Source of the DNA: Calothrix sp. NIES-2100
GTDB taxonomy: Bacteria; Cyanobacteriota; Cyanobacteriia; Cyanobacteriales; Nostocaceae
Direction of reading: 5' to 3'
Assembly: GCA_002368195.1 (NCBI GenBank)
Contig: AP018178.1
Location: forward strand, 5,050,145 to 5,081,285
DNA length: 31,141 nucleotides
Shown here: positions 18,864-27,362 of the stretch, one piece after another
Layout: every line of letters begins with the position of its first letter
Numbering within the stretch: the stretch's first letter is position 1
The notes under the pieces: generated by a model
Seen by the model: only the letters and a program-made list of their open reading frames with translations
What the model was told of the DNA's origin: nothing
Database searches by the model: none
Translations under genes and position numbers: made by a program

Positions 18864-18894
18864 GGTGATTTCTCCTGATTTGTCAATAGTCAAT

Positions 18895-18958
18895 AGTCAG
18901 TTGTCAGTTGTAAAAAAGGCGAACAGTCAACCGTCAACCGTCAACCGTCAACAGTCCC
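18895..18958. repeat. STRR heptamer block (CAATAGT / CAGTTGT / CAACCGT units)
   Basis: Visible 7-nt periodicity. Confidence 0.8.
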
Positions 18959-18966
18959 CTCATCTT

Positions 18967-19656
18967 TTAAAAACGCTCAACCCAAGGGCGCAATTCTACT
19001 TCCCAAGTCCAAGCGCTGCGGGGTTGATTTAAAATGCTGAGATAAGTTTGAGCGATCGCATCCGGATCGAGAGTACTATCAGGGTTATCGGCTGGATCTT
19101 GGCGTTGGGCGGAACGAATAGCACCATCAATTACAAAATGCGCTACATGAATATTCTTAGGTGCTAATTCCCTCGCAATGCTTTGAGCCAAACCCCTGAG
19201 GGCAAATTTACCCATTGCAAACGGTGCAGATTGCGGATAACCCTTAACACTAGCTGAGGCTCCGGTAAAAAATATCGCCCCACCTCCCTGCTGTAACATC
19301 CTTTTAGCGGCAGCCTGGGCAACCAAAAAGCCACCATAGGCAGTGATTTCTAGGGTTTTGGCAACTTCGCTGGGGTCTAGTTCAATTAGCGGCCCCCGGA
19401 CTCGAAAACTGGGATTGTAAACAACAACTGTCGGGTTACCAAGTTTATTTTCGACATCGATAAATAACTGGTTTACCTCCTCTGGTTTTGCCGCATCAGC
19501 AGCGAAGCTAACCGCACCGATTTCACTACTAAGCTGAGTCAGTTTCTCAATGCTACGAGATGCTAAGGCTATTTTCAGTCCTTCCTTGGCAAATAAGCGA
19601 GCGATAGAAGCACTTAATCCATTACCTGCTCCAACTATCAAAGCTGTTTTTGGCAT
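18967..19656 (-). CDS. Short-chain dehydrogenase/reductase (SDR)
   Basis: N-terminal MPKTALIVGAGNGLSASIARLFAKEG Rossmann motif. Length is 229 aa. Confidence 0.85.
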   Translation of the reverse strand: MPKTALIVGAGNGLSASIARLFAKEGLKIALASRSIEKLTQLSSEIGAVSFAADAAKPEEVNQLFIDVENKLGNPTVVVYNPSFRVRGPLIELDPSEVAKTLEITAYGGFLVAQAAAKRMLQQGGGAIFFTGASASVKGYPQSAPFAMGKFALRGLAQSIARELAPKNIHVAHFVIDGAIRSAQRQDPADNPDSTLDPDAIAQTYLSILNQPRSAWTWEVELRPWVERF

Positions 19657-19679
19657 AGGTGCAATTGTCCTTTTGCTGA

Positions 19680-20978
19680 CTAGGGATTAATTGTGGCTGA
19701 AGATAAAAGTGAATTACTCTTAGTAGGATTTTGACCAATTCGCAGTACTAAGACTGCTGCTATTAAGCACAAAACACCTGACAAAATAAATGCTTGAACA
19801 TAAGTACCTTGCCAAGTTCTCAGCGCTCCGGCTCCGAAGGCGGCTGTAGCTGCACCGAGTTGATGTCCGGCGACAATCCAGCCGAACATAACGCCGACAT
19901 TCTCTTTGCCGAAGACGTTGGCTACAAGGCGAACTGTCGGCGGTACAGTAGCAATCCAGTCGAGTCCGTAAAAGACGGCAAAGATTGAGAGTCCGTAGAA
20001 TGAGAAGTGAAAACTGAAGGGTAGGAAAATTAGGGATAAACCCCGCAATCCGTAGTACCAGCAGAGTAAGTAGCGATTGTTCCACCTATCAGACAGCCAA
20101 CCGGAGAGAGTTGTCCCAAAAAAATCAAAGATGCCCATAATCGCTAACAGTCCCGCAGCCTTAACTTCAGGGATGCCATGATCAATGCAGGCGGGAATTA
20201 GATGAGTGCCGATAAGTCCGTTAGTACTCGCACCACAGATAAAAAAACTACTAAATAACAACCAAAAGTCACGAGATTTGCAGCCCTGCCAGAGTTTGCT
20301 GAGTGTGGAAGTGATGGAATTTGCCTTTGGCGGTATTAATTCCACAGTTTCGCTATTATCTCCAAAAGCTCGCAAGCCAACTTCCACTGGCCGATCGCGC
20401 ATGAATAAGGCGATCGCCGGAATCACTAAAACTGCAACGCCAGCCAGGGCTAAAGTAGCTGTTCGCCATCCAAATCTCTCCACTATCGACGCCAACATGG
20501 GCAGAAATACTAATTGCCCGGTAGCTGTACTGGCGGTAAGCATCCCCAGAACCAAACCCCGCCGCTCTACAAACCAGCGATTGACAACAACCGCACCTAA
20601 TACTAAGGCGATAACTCCGCTACCACTACCGACAATGATTCCCCACAGCAATACTAACTGCCAGGAAGCTGACATGAAAGTGGTCAAGCCAACGCCAATA
20701 GCGATGAAAGCCAATGCGAATACCATTGTCCGGCGAATACCGATGCGCTCCATGACAGTGGCGGCAAAAGGGCCGATCAATCCATACAGTACTAAGTTGA
20801 TGGAGATTGCTAAGGATATAGTAGCTCTACTCCAGCCAAACTCCTGCTCCAAAGGCACGATGAGAACTCCTGGTGCAGAACGAATCCCGGCGGCTACTAA
20901 TAGAGCTAAAAATGTTAAACCCGCTACGAGCCAGCCATAATGAAGCGAACGACGTGCTAAAAACGAGGCTAAGGACAT
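19680..20978 (-). CDS. MFS transporter
   Basis: 432 aa with about 12 hydrophobic segments and an MFS-like D-R-x-G-R-R region (MERIGIRRT). The stop is 23 nt upstream of the SDR start. Confidence 0.8.
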   Translation of the reverse strand: MSLASFLARRSLHYGWLVAGLTFLALLVAAGIRSAPGVLIVPLEQEFGWSRATISLAISINLVLYGLIGPFAATVMERIGIRRTMVFALAFIAIGVGLTTFMSASWQLVLLWGIIVGSGSGVIALVLGAVVVNRWFVERRGLVLGMLTASTATGQLVFLPMLASIVERFGWRTATLALAGVAVLVIPAIALFMRDRPVEVGLRAFGDNSETVELIPPKANSITSTLSKLWQGCKSRDFWLLFSSFFICGASTNGLIGTHLIPACIDHGIPEVKAAGLLAIMGIFDFFGTTLSGWLSDRWNNRYLLCWYYGLRGLSLIFLPFSFHFSFYGLSIFAVFYGLDWIATVPPTVRLVANVFGKENVGVMFGWIVAGHQLGAATAAFGAGALRTWQGTYVQAFILSGVLCLIAAVLVLRIGQNPTKSNSLLSSATINP

Positions 20979-21080
20979 GGTTCCAAGGGATTTGGGATAG
21001 GGAAGAGATAAACACAGATATTCATCTGTATTTATCTGTGGCCTAATTTCTACAATTCTGATAGCTGAGACAACAAAAAA

Positions 21081-21746
21081 TTACCCCTGATAAGGGTTAC
21101 CAATTCTATCTACAGAAACGTTAGCAGACAAAGGCAAGCGACCGGGATTGAGGCGGGGTTCTGCGGGATAACCAACAGGTACTAAAACTGCGATCGCTAA
21201 ATCTGGATCGTCTGCTGCACCAATCACAGCCTTCACTTGCTCTTCAATCCAACCATTCATAAAGCAGGTGGATAAACCTAAACTTTCGGCTGCAAGTACT
21301 AAATGAGTAGCCGCAATGATTGCATCTTTGATCCCATATTCGCGCCGCTTGTCTGCTAAACCAGCTTGAAATTGGGGTATAGCATTTTTAAAGTAGTTGA
21401 CTGTACCTTCATTCCATGCCCCAGTTTGCAGTGCTTGCTCATAAACCGGTGTTAAGTCTTTTTCTCCCGCATAGGGATCGGCTGCAAATACAAATGTCAC
21501 AGGTGCTTGGACAATTTGTTGTTGATTCCAAGATGCTGCTGACAATGCTGCTTTTTGCGCTTCATCTTGCACCAGGATAATTTGCCAACCTTGCATATTA
21601 AAACTGCTAGGTGCGGCTACGGTTAACTCTACTAGTTGCTTGAGTATTTCCTCTGGTATAGGGTCTGATTTGAAAGTTTTAATGGAACGACGCTGAAGAA
21701 TAGCACTGGGTACATCTAAGACTTGAGTTTGTGCGATCGCACTCAT
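21081..21746 (-). CDS. Nitroreductase-family protein
   Basis: LQRRSIKTFKSDPIP...matches the nitroreductase N-terminal signature. Length is 221 aa. Confidence 0.85.
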   Translation of the reverse strand: MSAIAQTQVLDVPSAILQRRSIKTFKSDPIPEEILKQLVELTVAAPSSFNMQGWQIILVQDEAQKAALSAASWNQQQIVQAPVTFVFAADPYAGEKDLTPVYEQALQTGAWNEGTVNYFKNAIPQFQAGLADKRREYGIKDAIIAATHLVLAAESLGLSTCFMNGWIEEQVKAVIGAADDPDLAIAVLVPVGYPAEPRLNPGRLPLSANVSVDRIGNPYQG

Positions 21747-21851
21747 GAGATTCTCCTGATTGTTGAACTTCCTACGCTGTAATAGCGCTTTTCATTATCA
21801 ATCTAAATGCTTTTTTGGTGTAAAAGGTTGCCACCCAACACGCCAGAGTAA

Positions 21852-22964
21852 TTATAGACTGACTACTTGTTCCCCAGCAGCCGACCAAAACGGATAGTCT
21901 GTATATCCCTGTTCACCACCACCATAGAAGCTTTCTTGATTTGGCTGATTCAACGGTGCATTTAAAGCCAAGCGTCGGGGTAAATCTGGATTTGCGATAA
22001 ATAGAGTGCCAAAGGCGACTAAATCGGCTTCTTTGTTAGCTAAAACAGCATTGCCCGTTTCATTTGTATAGCCACCACAAACAATCAGTGTACCTGTATA
22101 CCTTTCCCGTAAATAATCGGTTGGTACTGCCGTCCCACCATGCCTGATATCTGCGTCTGTGGACTCAATAATATGCAGATAAGCTAAATTAAATTGATTC
22201 AGTACTTGCGCAGTGTAACCAAAGGTTTCTAAAGGATTAGAGTCACGCATATCGTTAAATGTCCCGCTAGGCGAAAGCCTAACTCCTACCCGTTTACTAT
22301 CCCAAACGCTAGTAACTGCTTCTACAATGTCTAATAAAAATCGCACACGGTTCTCAATACTACCGCCATACTTATCTGTCCGTTGATTCGTACCATCCCG
22401 GAGAAACTGGTCAATTAAATAACCATTAGCTCCGTGAATTTCTATGCCATCAAACCCAGCCGCTAGAGCATTGACTGCCCCTTGACGGTATTGTTCCACA
22501 ATATCTGGAATCTCGGAAGTTTCCAAAGCGCGGGGAGTAACATAAGGTTTGAATCCCTCGAATGTGAATGCTTGACCTTGCGGTGTAATTGCCGAAGGTG
22601 CTACAGGTAAAGCCCCATCTGGTAGCAAGTCAGGGTGAGAAATTCTGCCTACGTGCCACAGTTGCAGAAATATTTTTCCTCCCTGCTGATGCACAGCATC
22701 GGTTACCAACTTCCAACCCGCCACCTGTTCTGGTGAATGAATACCTGGTGTATTCGGATACCCCAGTCCTTGAGGAGAAACTTGAGTTGCTTCTGCAATA
22801 ATTAGTCCAGCCGAAGCGCGTTGCTCATAGTATGTAGCATTGAGCGAATTGGGTACATTTCCCTGACCTGCTCTTTGCCTAGTTAGGGGAGCCATAACTA
22901 TCCGATTGGGTAGTTCTAAATCACCTAATTGGTAAGGAGAGAACAAGTTGATATTAGTATTCAT
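21852..22964 (-). CDS. Old Yellow Enzyme family NADH:flavin oxidoreductase (NemA/OYE-like alkene reductase)
   Basis: LGDLELPNRIVMAPLTR.RA...EATQVSPQG.GYP.TPGI.S.EQ...WK.V.DAVH..GG.IFLQLWH.GR, with a C-terminal GYTDYP region. Length is 370 aa. Confidence 0.9.
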   Translation of the reverse strand: MNTNINLFSPYQLGDLELPNRIVMAPLTRQRAGQGNVPNSLNATYYEQRASAGLIIAEATQVSPQGLGYPNTPGIHSPEQVAGWKLVTDAVHQQGGKIFLQLWHVGRISHPDLLPDGALPVAPSAITPQGQAFTFEGFKPYVTPRALETSEIPDIVEQYRQGAVNALAAGFDGIEIHGANGYLIDQFLRDGTNQRTDKYGGSIENRVRFLLDIVEAVTSVWDSKRVGVRLSPSGTFNDMRDSNPLETFGYTAQVLNQFNLAYLHIIESTDADIRHGGTAVPTDYLRERYTGTLIVCGGYTNETGNAVLANKEADLVAFGTLFIANPDLPRRLALNAPLNQPNQESFYGGGEQGYTDYPFWSAAGEQVVSL

Positions 22965-22987
22965 TGGTCACATCTCCAAATAAGTAA

Positions 22988-23095
22988 TCGACCGAATTAT
23001 GCCACCATCTAGTCGCAGAGGGACAAGGGGGACAAGGGGAAAAAGGGGAAAAGGGGAAATGACCATTGACAAATGACCAATGCCCACTGACTATT
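22988..23095. repeat. STRR heptamer block (GGGGACAA/GGGGAAAA units, then ATGACCA/TTGACAA units)
   Basis: Visible periodicity. Lies between the OYE and thioredoxin genes. Confidence 0.8.
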
Positions 23096-23157
23096 CAAAA
23101 AAAACAAAGATTCCCCTATTTTGAGTCTGTCAATCAGCTGACTCTAGGCAGTTAACT

Positions 23158-23484
23158 TTAAGAAATATGCTGTGCTAAAGTCTTAGCTAAAGTGGTTTTG
23201 GGCACGGCACCCACGACCGTATCGACTTGTCGGCCTCCCTTAAATACCATTAACGTGGGAATGCTCCGAATACCATAATGGCTGGCGACGGTGGGATTTT
23301 GATCTGTGTTCAGTTTCACTACTTTCACCTGGCCGTCGTATTCGGTAGCTACCTCATCGACAACCGGAGCCACCATTCTGCAAGGGCCACACCAAGGTGC
23401 CCAAAAGTCAACTAGGACTGGAACTTGGCTTTCAAGGACTTCTTGCTTAAATGTAGCTTCTGTGACATTTGTAACGGATGACAT
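23158..23484 (-). CDS. trx: Thioredoxin
   Basis: WCGPC active site. 108 aa, typical of TrxA-like proteins. An AGGAGG RBS sits 6 nt upstream of the ATG on the minus strand. Confidence 0.9.
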   Translation of the reverse strand: MSSVTNVTEATFKQEVLESQVPVLVDFWAPWCGPCRMVAPVVDEVATEYDGQVKVVKLNTDQNPTVASHYGIRSIPTLMVFKGGRQVDTVVGAVPKTTLAKTLAQHIS

Positions 23485-23508
23485 AATCGTCCTCCTGATT
23501 TAATTCTA

Positions 23509-23529
23509 TTATTCGATAATATCGAATAA
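23509..23529. promoter_or_regulatory. Perfect 10-1-10 palindrome TTATTCGATA-A-TATCGAATAA, centred between the divergent trx and ArsR-family genes. Candidate operator.
   Basis: I checked reverse-complement identity position by position. It lies 25 nt upstream of the trx ATG (minus strand) and 36 nt upstream of the regulator ATG. Confidence 0.55.
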
Positions 23530-23564
23530 GTAAAATATATGCCATTTTATGAGATAGTGCAACT

Positions 23565-23915
23565 ATGAGATTTTTGTATCATCCAGACCGAAAAGATATA
23601 TCGTTAGCGGGAGTGCTATATGCCTTAGGCGATCCGGTAAGGCTAGAAATTGTGCGGCTTTTAGCAACGAAGGGAGAGCAATGCTGTGCGGGGTTTGATT
23701 TTGCGATCGCCAAATCAACCATGTCCAATCATTTTAAGATTTTACGGGAGTCAGGCGTAGTACTGACTCATAAAGAAGGAACACAGCACATCAACCAATT
23801 GCGGCGAGAAGATTTAGAAGCCCTATTCCCTGGATTATTAGATGCAGTCTTACAATCAGCCCAACCATTAAATATTTGTGTTTCGGCTGATAAGCAAACA
23901 GCTTCAAAAGTTTAG
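23565..23915 (+). CDS. ArsR/SmtB-family HTH transcriptional regulator with a Cys-Cys pair in the predicted alpha3 helix
   Basis: LGDPVRLEIVRLLA..GEQCCAGF......STMSNHFKILRESGVV aligns with the ArsR alpha1-alpha4 layout. The CC sits where ArsR carries its C-x-C sensing site. Confidence 0.75.
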   Translation: MRFLYHPDRKDISLAGVLYALGDPVRLEIVRLLATKGEQCCAGFDFAIAKSTMSNHFKILRESGVVLTHKEGTQHINQLRREDLEALFPGLLDAVLQSAQPLNICVSADKQTASKV

Positions 23916-23924
23916 GGCATTGGG

Positions 23925-23968
23925 CATTGGGGACAACTGACAACTGACAACTGACTATTAACCAATTT
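23925..23968. repeat. STRR heptamer block (GGGCATT, then GACAACT units)
   Basis: Visible periodicity. Confidence 0.75.
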
Positions 23969-24761
23969 GGGGTGGTTGAAAGTGATAAATATCGCGAATA
24001 ACTTGCACCCAGCCATCACAGAGGGATTCGAGGATGCGATCGCCTTTTTCTTTGGTAGCGGTTGTTGCATCCCCAATGACACCAGTTTTACTGATATCTT
24101 TTGTTACCCAAGCTACAGGTAATTGACCTTCCCAACTCAGCAATGTACTTTGTGGTTGTTCTGGCGGATACTCAGCCACAACTTTATCTAGTTTTACCTG
24201 CTCTGGTAAAAGTGCCAACATCAAACTAGTTTCCGCATCACCAGCGTGCATACCTAACTTAGCTTCCTTGGGCGTTAGTAATTCCTTGGTAATATTAGGC
24301 GCACGCCAGGTGAACAACGGAAACACCGAAAAATCACCATATTTTACATGTAAATCCCGCGCTGCCATTTGCATAACTTGCGGCTGTCCGCCGTGGGAGT
24401 TCATCAACACTAATTTTCTAAACCCAGCTCGGTAAATACTATCTCCCACCTCCATAATTGTTGCTGTGAGAGTTTCTGTACTCAAGGTAATCGTGCCGGG
24501 AAAGTTCCAATGTTCGTTAGATTTACCATAGTTAATACTGGGTAAAGCATAAGCGGGAATACTAGCTTCAAGTTTTGCCAAAGCTTTTCCCAACACCCCA
24601 ACGCCAATAGCTGCATCAACAATTAGGGGTAGATGGGGGCCATGTTGTTCAATTGCGCCCACTGGTTGAATAATTACCACATTTTCCTTATTTGGCATCG
24701 CTTGGATGTCAGTCCAACTGAGGTAGGGAAAAAAGCGTTCTGGGGGTATGAAGCTATGCAT
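23958..24761 (-). CDS. Creatininase-family amidohydrolase
   Basis: IIQPVGAIEQHGPHLPL.VD near the N-terminus and a central GGQPQV...H region match the creatinine amidohydrolase fold. Confidence 0.75.
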   Translation of the reverse strand: MHSFIPPERFFPYLSWTDIQAMPNKENVVIIQPVGAIEQHGPHLPLIVDAAIGVGVLGKALAKLEASIPAYALPSINYGKSNEHWNFPGTITLSTETLTATIMEVGDSIYRAGFRKLVLMNSHGGQPQVMQMAARDLHVKYGDFSVFPLFTWRAPNITKELLTPKEAKLGMHAGDAETSLMLALLPEQVKLDKVVAEYPPEQPQSTLLSWEGQLPVAWVTKDISKTGVIGDATTATKEKGDRILESLCDGWVQVIRDIYHFQPPQIG

Positions 24762-24784
24762 TTGATTAATATCGCGCCATTGTT

Positions 24785-24895
24785 ATCTTAATGGGATGGG
24801 GGGCAGGGGAAAAGGGGAAAGGGGACAAGGACGCAGAGGAGGAATAACTATTGCCCAATGCCTAATGACAATTGAAAGATTTTCTAAAACTGTGA
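24785..24895. repeat. STRR heptamer block (GGGGAAA/GGGGACA units, then CCAATGC-like units)
   Basis: Visible periodicity. Confidence 0.75.
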
Positions 24896-25691
24896 TCTAG
24901 AATACCGACTATTAAGAGAACGGGTGATATTGTTTAGTTGTGTGTGAGGAGCAAGTTAAAACGAAAAACACCCGGGGTGGAAACACGGCAACACTCCCAG
25001 GTGTTTTTTGTTTCATATACACAAAGAATTGCTTTTAGTAAGAATAGTCAAGGCGATCGCTACTTTAGATTTCCCCTAAGAAAAAGCTTGAAATAGTTCT
25101 AAGATCTTTACCTTGAGTGCTGCGATGCCTACCCTTCTCCTGACGGAGACGCTACGCGAACGGGAACGACTTTGTCGAACGGGAACGTCAAAGACGAACG
25201 CCTTTTGTAAAGTCTCACCTGGAATAGGCGGGAAGGGTGGAAGCCCCGTAACTTCAGCTACCTATTCCCCTCACGGGGATGGAAAGGAAATTTTTTCTGG
25301 GAAATGGTGTCTGAAATCATTGCAAAATTTATCTTCTGCACCACCCTTTGTTGCTGCACTGCGATCGCCATCAGGAAGAACAGTTTTACTGAGTGCTTCT
25401 AGTAACAATTTGTAGCGCAACTCTGCTACTCTTTCGCGGCGCTGGACTGCTTTTAATCTTTTTTGAGGCTGACTTTTATTATTAGTCTTAACAGTTATTA
25501 TTCGAGTTTACCGAACCACAGGATTCGAGTAAACCGTAATATAACTTCCTGCGTAATTTAGTGCGGTAATCATGAAATATTCGGTGATAACAACCGAATT
25601 TACACAACTTTATATCATGGTTAATATAAGAATCAAAGCAACAAATTACATCTTGAATCAAGTAGATAAACAGTTAGAGGGTAAACATAAT

Positions 25692-26111
25692 ATGGCTATT
25701 GTACGTTACAATCCTTGGGCTGAAATGACTGCACTACAAAATCAAATTGACAGAATGTTTGAAGATTTACAAGTACCAACATTTAAAACTCCAGCAGCCG
25801 AATTGACTGAAACTGAAGATGCATTGCATCTGAGACTCGAACTTCCTGGTGTTTCAGCAAAAGATGTAGATATTGAAGTTACCGAGAATGCAGTTAAGGT
25901 GATAGCAGAACGCAAATTAGAAAATAAAGAAGGAACTCGTTCTGAGTTTTACTATGGCAAGTTCCAGCGTGTAATTCCTCTAAAAGCCAGAATTCAAAAT
26001 ACTAATGTCACCGCCGAATACAAAGATGGGATTTTGAATCTAACACTGCCTAAATCCGAGCAAGAAAAGAACAAGGTAGTTAAAGTTAATCTGGAACAAC
26101 CTGCTGCTTAA
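25692..26111 (+). CDS. hspA: Small heat-shock protein, Hsp20 / alpha-crystallin family (HspA-like)
   Basis: MAIVRYNPWAEMTALQNQIDRMFEDL...AELTETEDALHLRLELPGV...KDGILNLTLPK shows the alpha-crystallin domain. The start is taken at the internal ATG 40 codons into the ORF (GAGGG RBS), which matches the N-termini of cyanobacterial HspA. Confidence 0.85.
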   Translation: MAIVRYNPWAEMTALQNQIDRMFEDLQVPTFKTPAAELTETEDALHLRLELPGVSAKDVDIEVTENAVKVIAERKLENKEGTRSEFYYGKFQRVIPLKARIQNTNVTAEYKDGILNLTLPKSEQEKNKVVKVNLEQPAA

Positions 26112-26151
26112 GGTGAAACTATTTTTCTCCAATGATTGATTGAGATAGCTA

Positions 26152-26186
26152 AGAGCTTGGTCAAAATAACCAAGCTCTTTTTTTAT
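26152..26186 (+). terminator. Rho-independent terminator after hspA
   Basis: Stem AGAGCTTGGT/ACCAAGCTCT with loop CAAAATA, followed by TTTTTTTAT. Confidence 0.65.
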
Positions 26187-26300
26187 AATTGTTTGGGGAG
26201 CATCCCAAATATGTAAATTTATTTTTTTGTAGTGATGGTTCCCTTGGCGCTGACTTGACCAATGGGAGCAAGATGCTCCTACTACCAATTTATTAAGAAA

Positions 26301-27200
26301 TTAAGACGCAGCGGCGGTCAATTCCCGAATTACATTGAGAAATTCCTGTAAGACAGGTGAAGAATCTTCTTGTCGCCACACAACTACAATCTCTCGTGAG
26401 AAATTTGCACCTTTGATTGGTCGATAAACAACGCCTGTGCGTTGCAGGTTTTGCACGTTGCTAGGTAAAAGTGCTACTCCCATACCACCAGCAACTAAGC
26501 TAAGAACGGTGATCATCCAAGTAGCTTCTTGGACTACTTTAGGGAAAAAACCAGCTTGCTGACAGAGGTTAATAATCTCGGTGTAGGAAGGAACGATTTC
26601 TGGTGAGGGTAAAACAAAAGGTTCATCAGCCATTGCCGCGAGGGGAATTTCTGTTAGTTTGGTGAGGGGATGGGTAGCTGGTAATGCAATCACCAAAGAC
26701 TCGCGTGCAATTGGCAGATAACTCAAGTTAGGATTTTGTTGATGGGAATGGGGTAAGCGCTCAAATCCGACATCTAGACGGCGATTGAGCAGTTCTTGAA
26801 TTTGTTCGGAAGCTGTGAGTTCGCGCAATACTAGTTTGACATGAGGAAAGCGATCGCGGAATGTCCGCAACATTTCCGGTAAAACACTATTAGCAATAGA
26901 ACTATTAGTACCCACAATCATCTGTCCAATCTCGCCGCGACTAGCCCTTTGAGTTTGGAAAATGGCGCGTTCGAGTTGATTTAAAACTAATCTGGCTTCT
27001 TCTAAAAATACTTCTCCCGCAGATGTAAGTTGCAGTGGGCGCTTTTTGCGGTCAAATAATTTTACACCAATTTCCGCTTCGAGGGCGCTAATTTGTTGGC
27101 TGAGGGGAGGTTGCGCAATATGCAGACGTTGGGCTGCGTAGCTAAAGTTCTTTTCTTCAGCCACAGCAATAAAGTACCGCAAATGTCGAAGTTCCATCAC
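26301..27200 (-). CDS. LysR-family transcriptional regulator
   Basis: The N-terminal HTH MELRHLRYFIAVAEEKNFSYAAQRLHIAQPPLSQQISALE is canonical LysR. Length is 299 aa. It is transcribed divergently from 27363-28253. Confidence 0.9.
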   Translation of the reverse strand: MMELRHLRYFIAVAEEKNFSYAAQRLHIAQPPLSQQISALEAEIGVKLFDRKKRPLQLTSAGEVFLEEARLVLNQLERAIFQTQRASRGEIGQMIVGTNSSIANSVLPEMLRTFRDRFPHVKLVLRELTASEQIQELLNRRLDVGFERLPHSHQQNPNLSYLPIARESLVIALPATHPLTKLTEIPLAAMADEPFVLPSPEIVPSYTEIINLCQQAGFFPKVVQEATWMITVLSLVAGGMGVALLPSNVQNLQRTGVVYRPIKGANFSREIVVVWRQEDSSPVLQEFLNVIRELTAAAS

Positions 27201-27362
27201 TTGCCTGAACTACTATATTTATTACTATATTTTTTATATATAGTGTACTTGTGCAAAAAATATCTTAAATATAGTTGCTTTCCCTTACTATTGACAAATA
27301 GAGACTATTGATCGAGATTCATCCCCAGAACTTGTTAGTTTATCGGGGTAATCACTAGGACT

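Noticed and set aside
19720-20940. ORFs 19720-20085 (minus), 19794-19988 (plus) and 20206-20940 (plus)
   Set aside because: They lie in alternative frames or antisense within the MFS transporter gene. Their products are Arg/Ser/Thr-rich and low-complexity.
25113-25415. 100-aa ORF in the hspA upstream region
   Set aside because: Low-complexity Ser/Thr/Gly-rich product with no RBS. The region is better explained as noncoding, with direct repeats and hairpins.
26040-26288. 82-aa minus-strand ORF overlapping the hspA 3' end and terminator
   Set aside because: It overlaps the hspA coding sequence and its terminator hairpin and has no start context.
26301-27200. LysR regulator as an OxyR ortholog next to the catalase gene
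   Set aside because: It lacks the paired redox-active cysteines typical of OxyR (a single Cys near position 213). It is also divergent from the AstE/AspA gene, not from the catalase gene.
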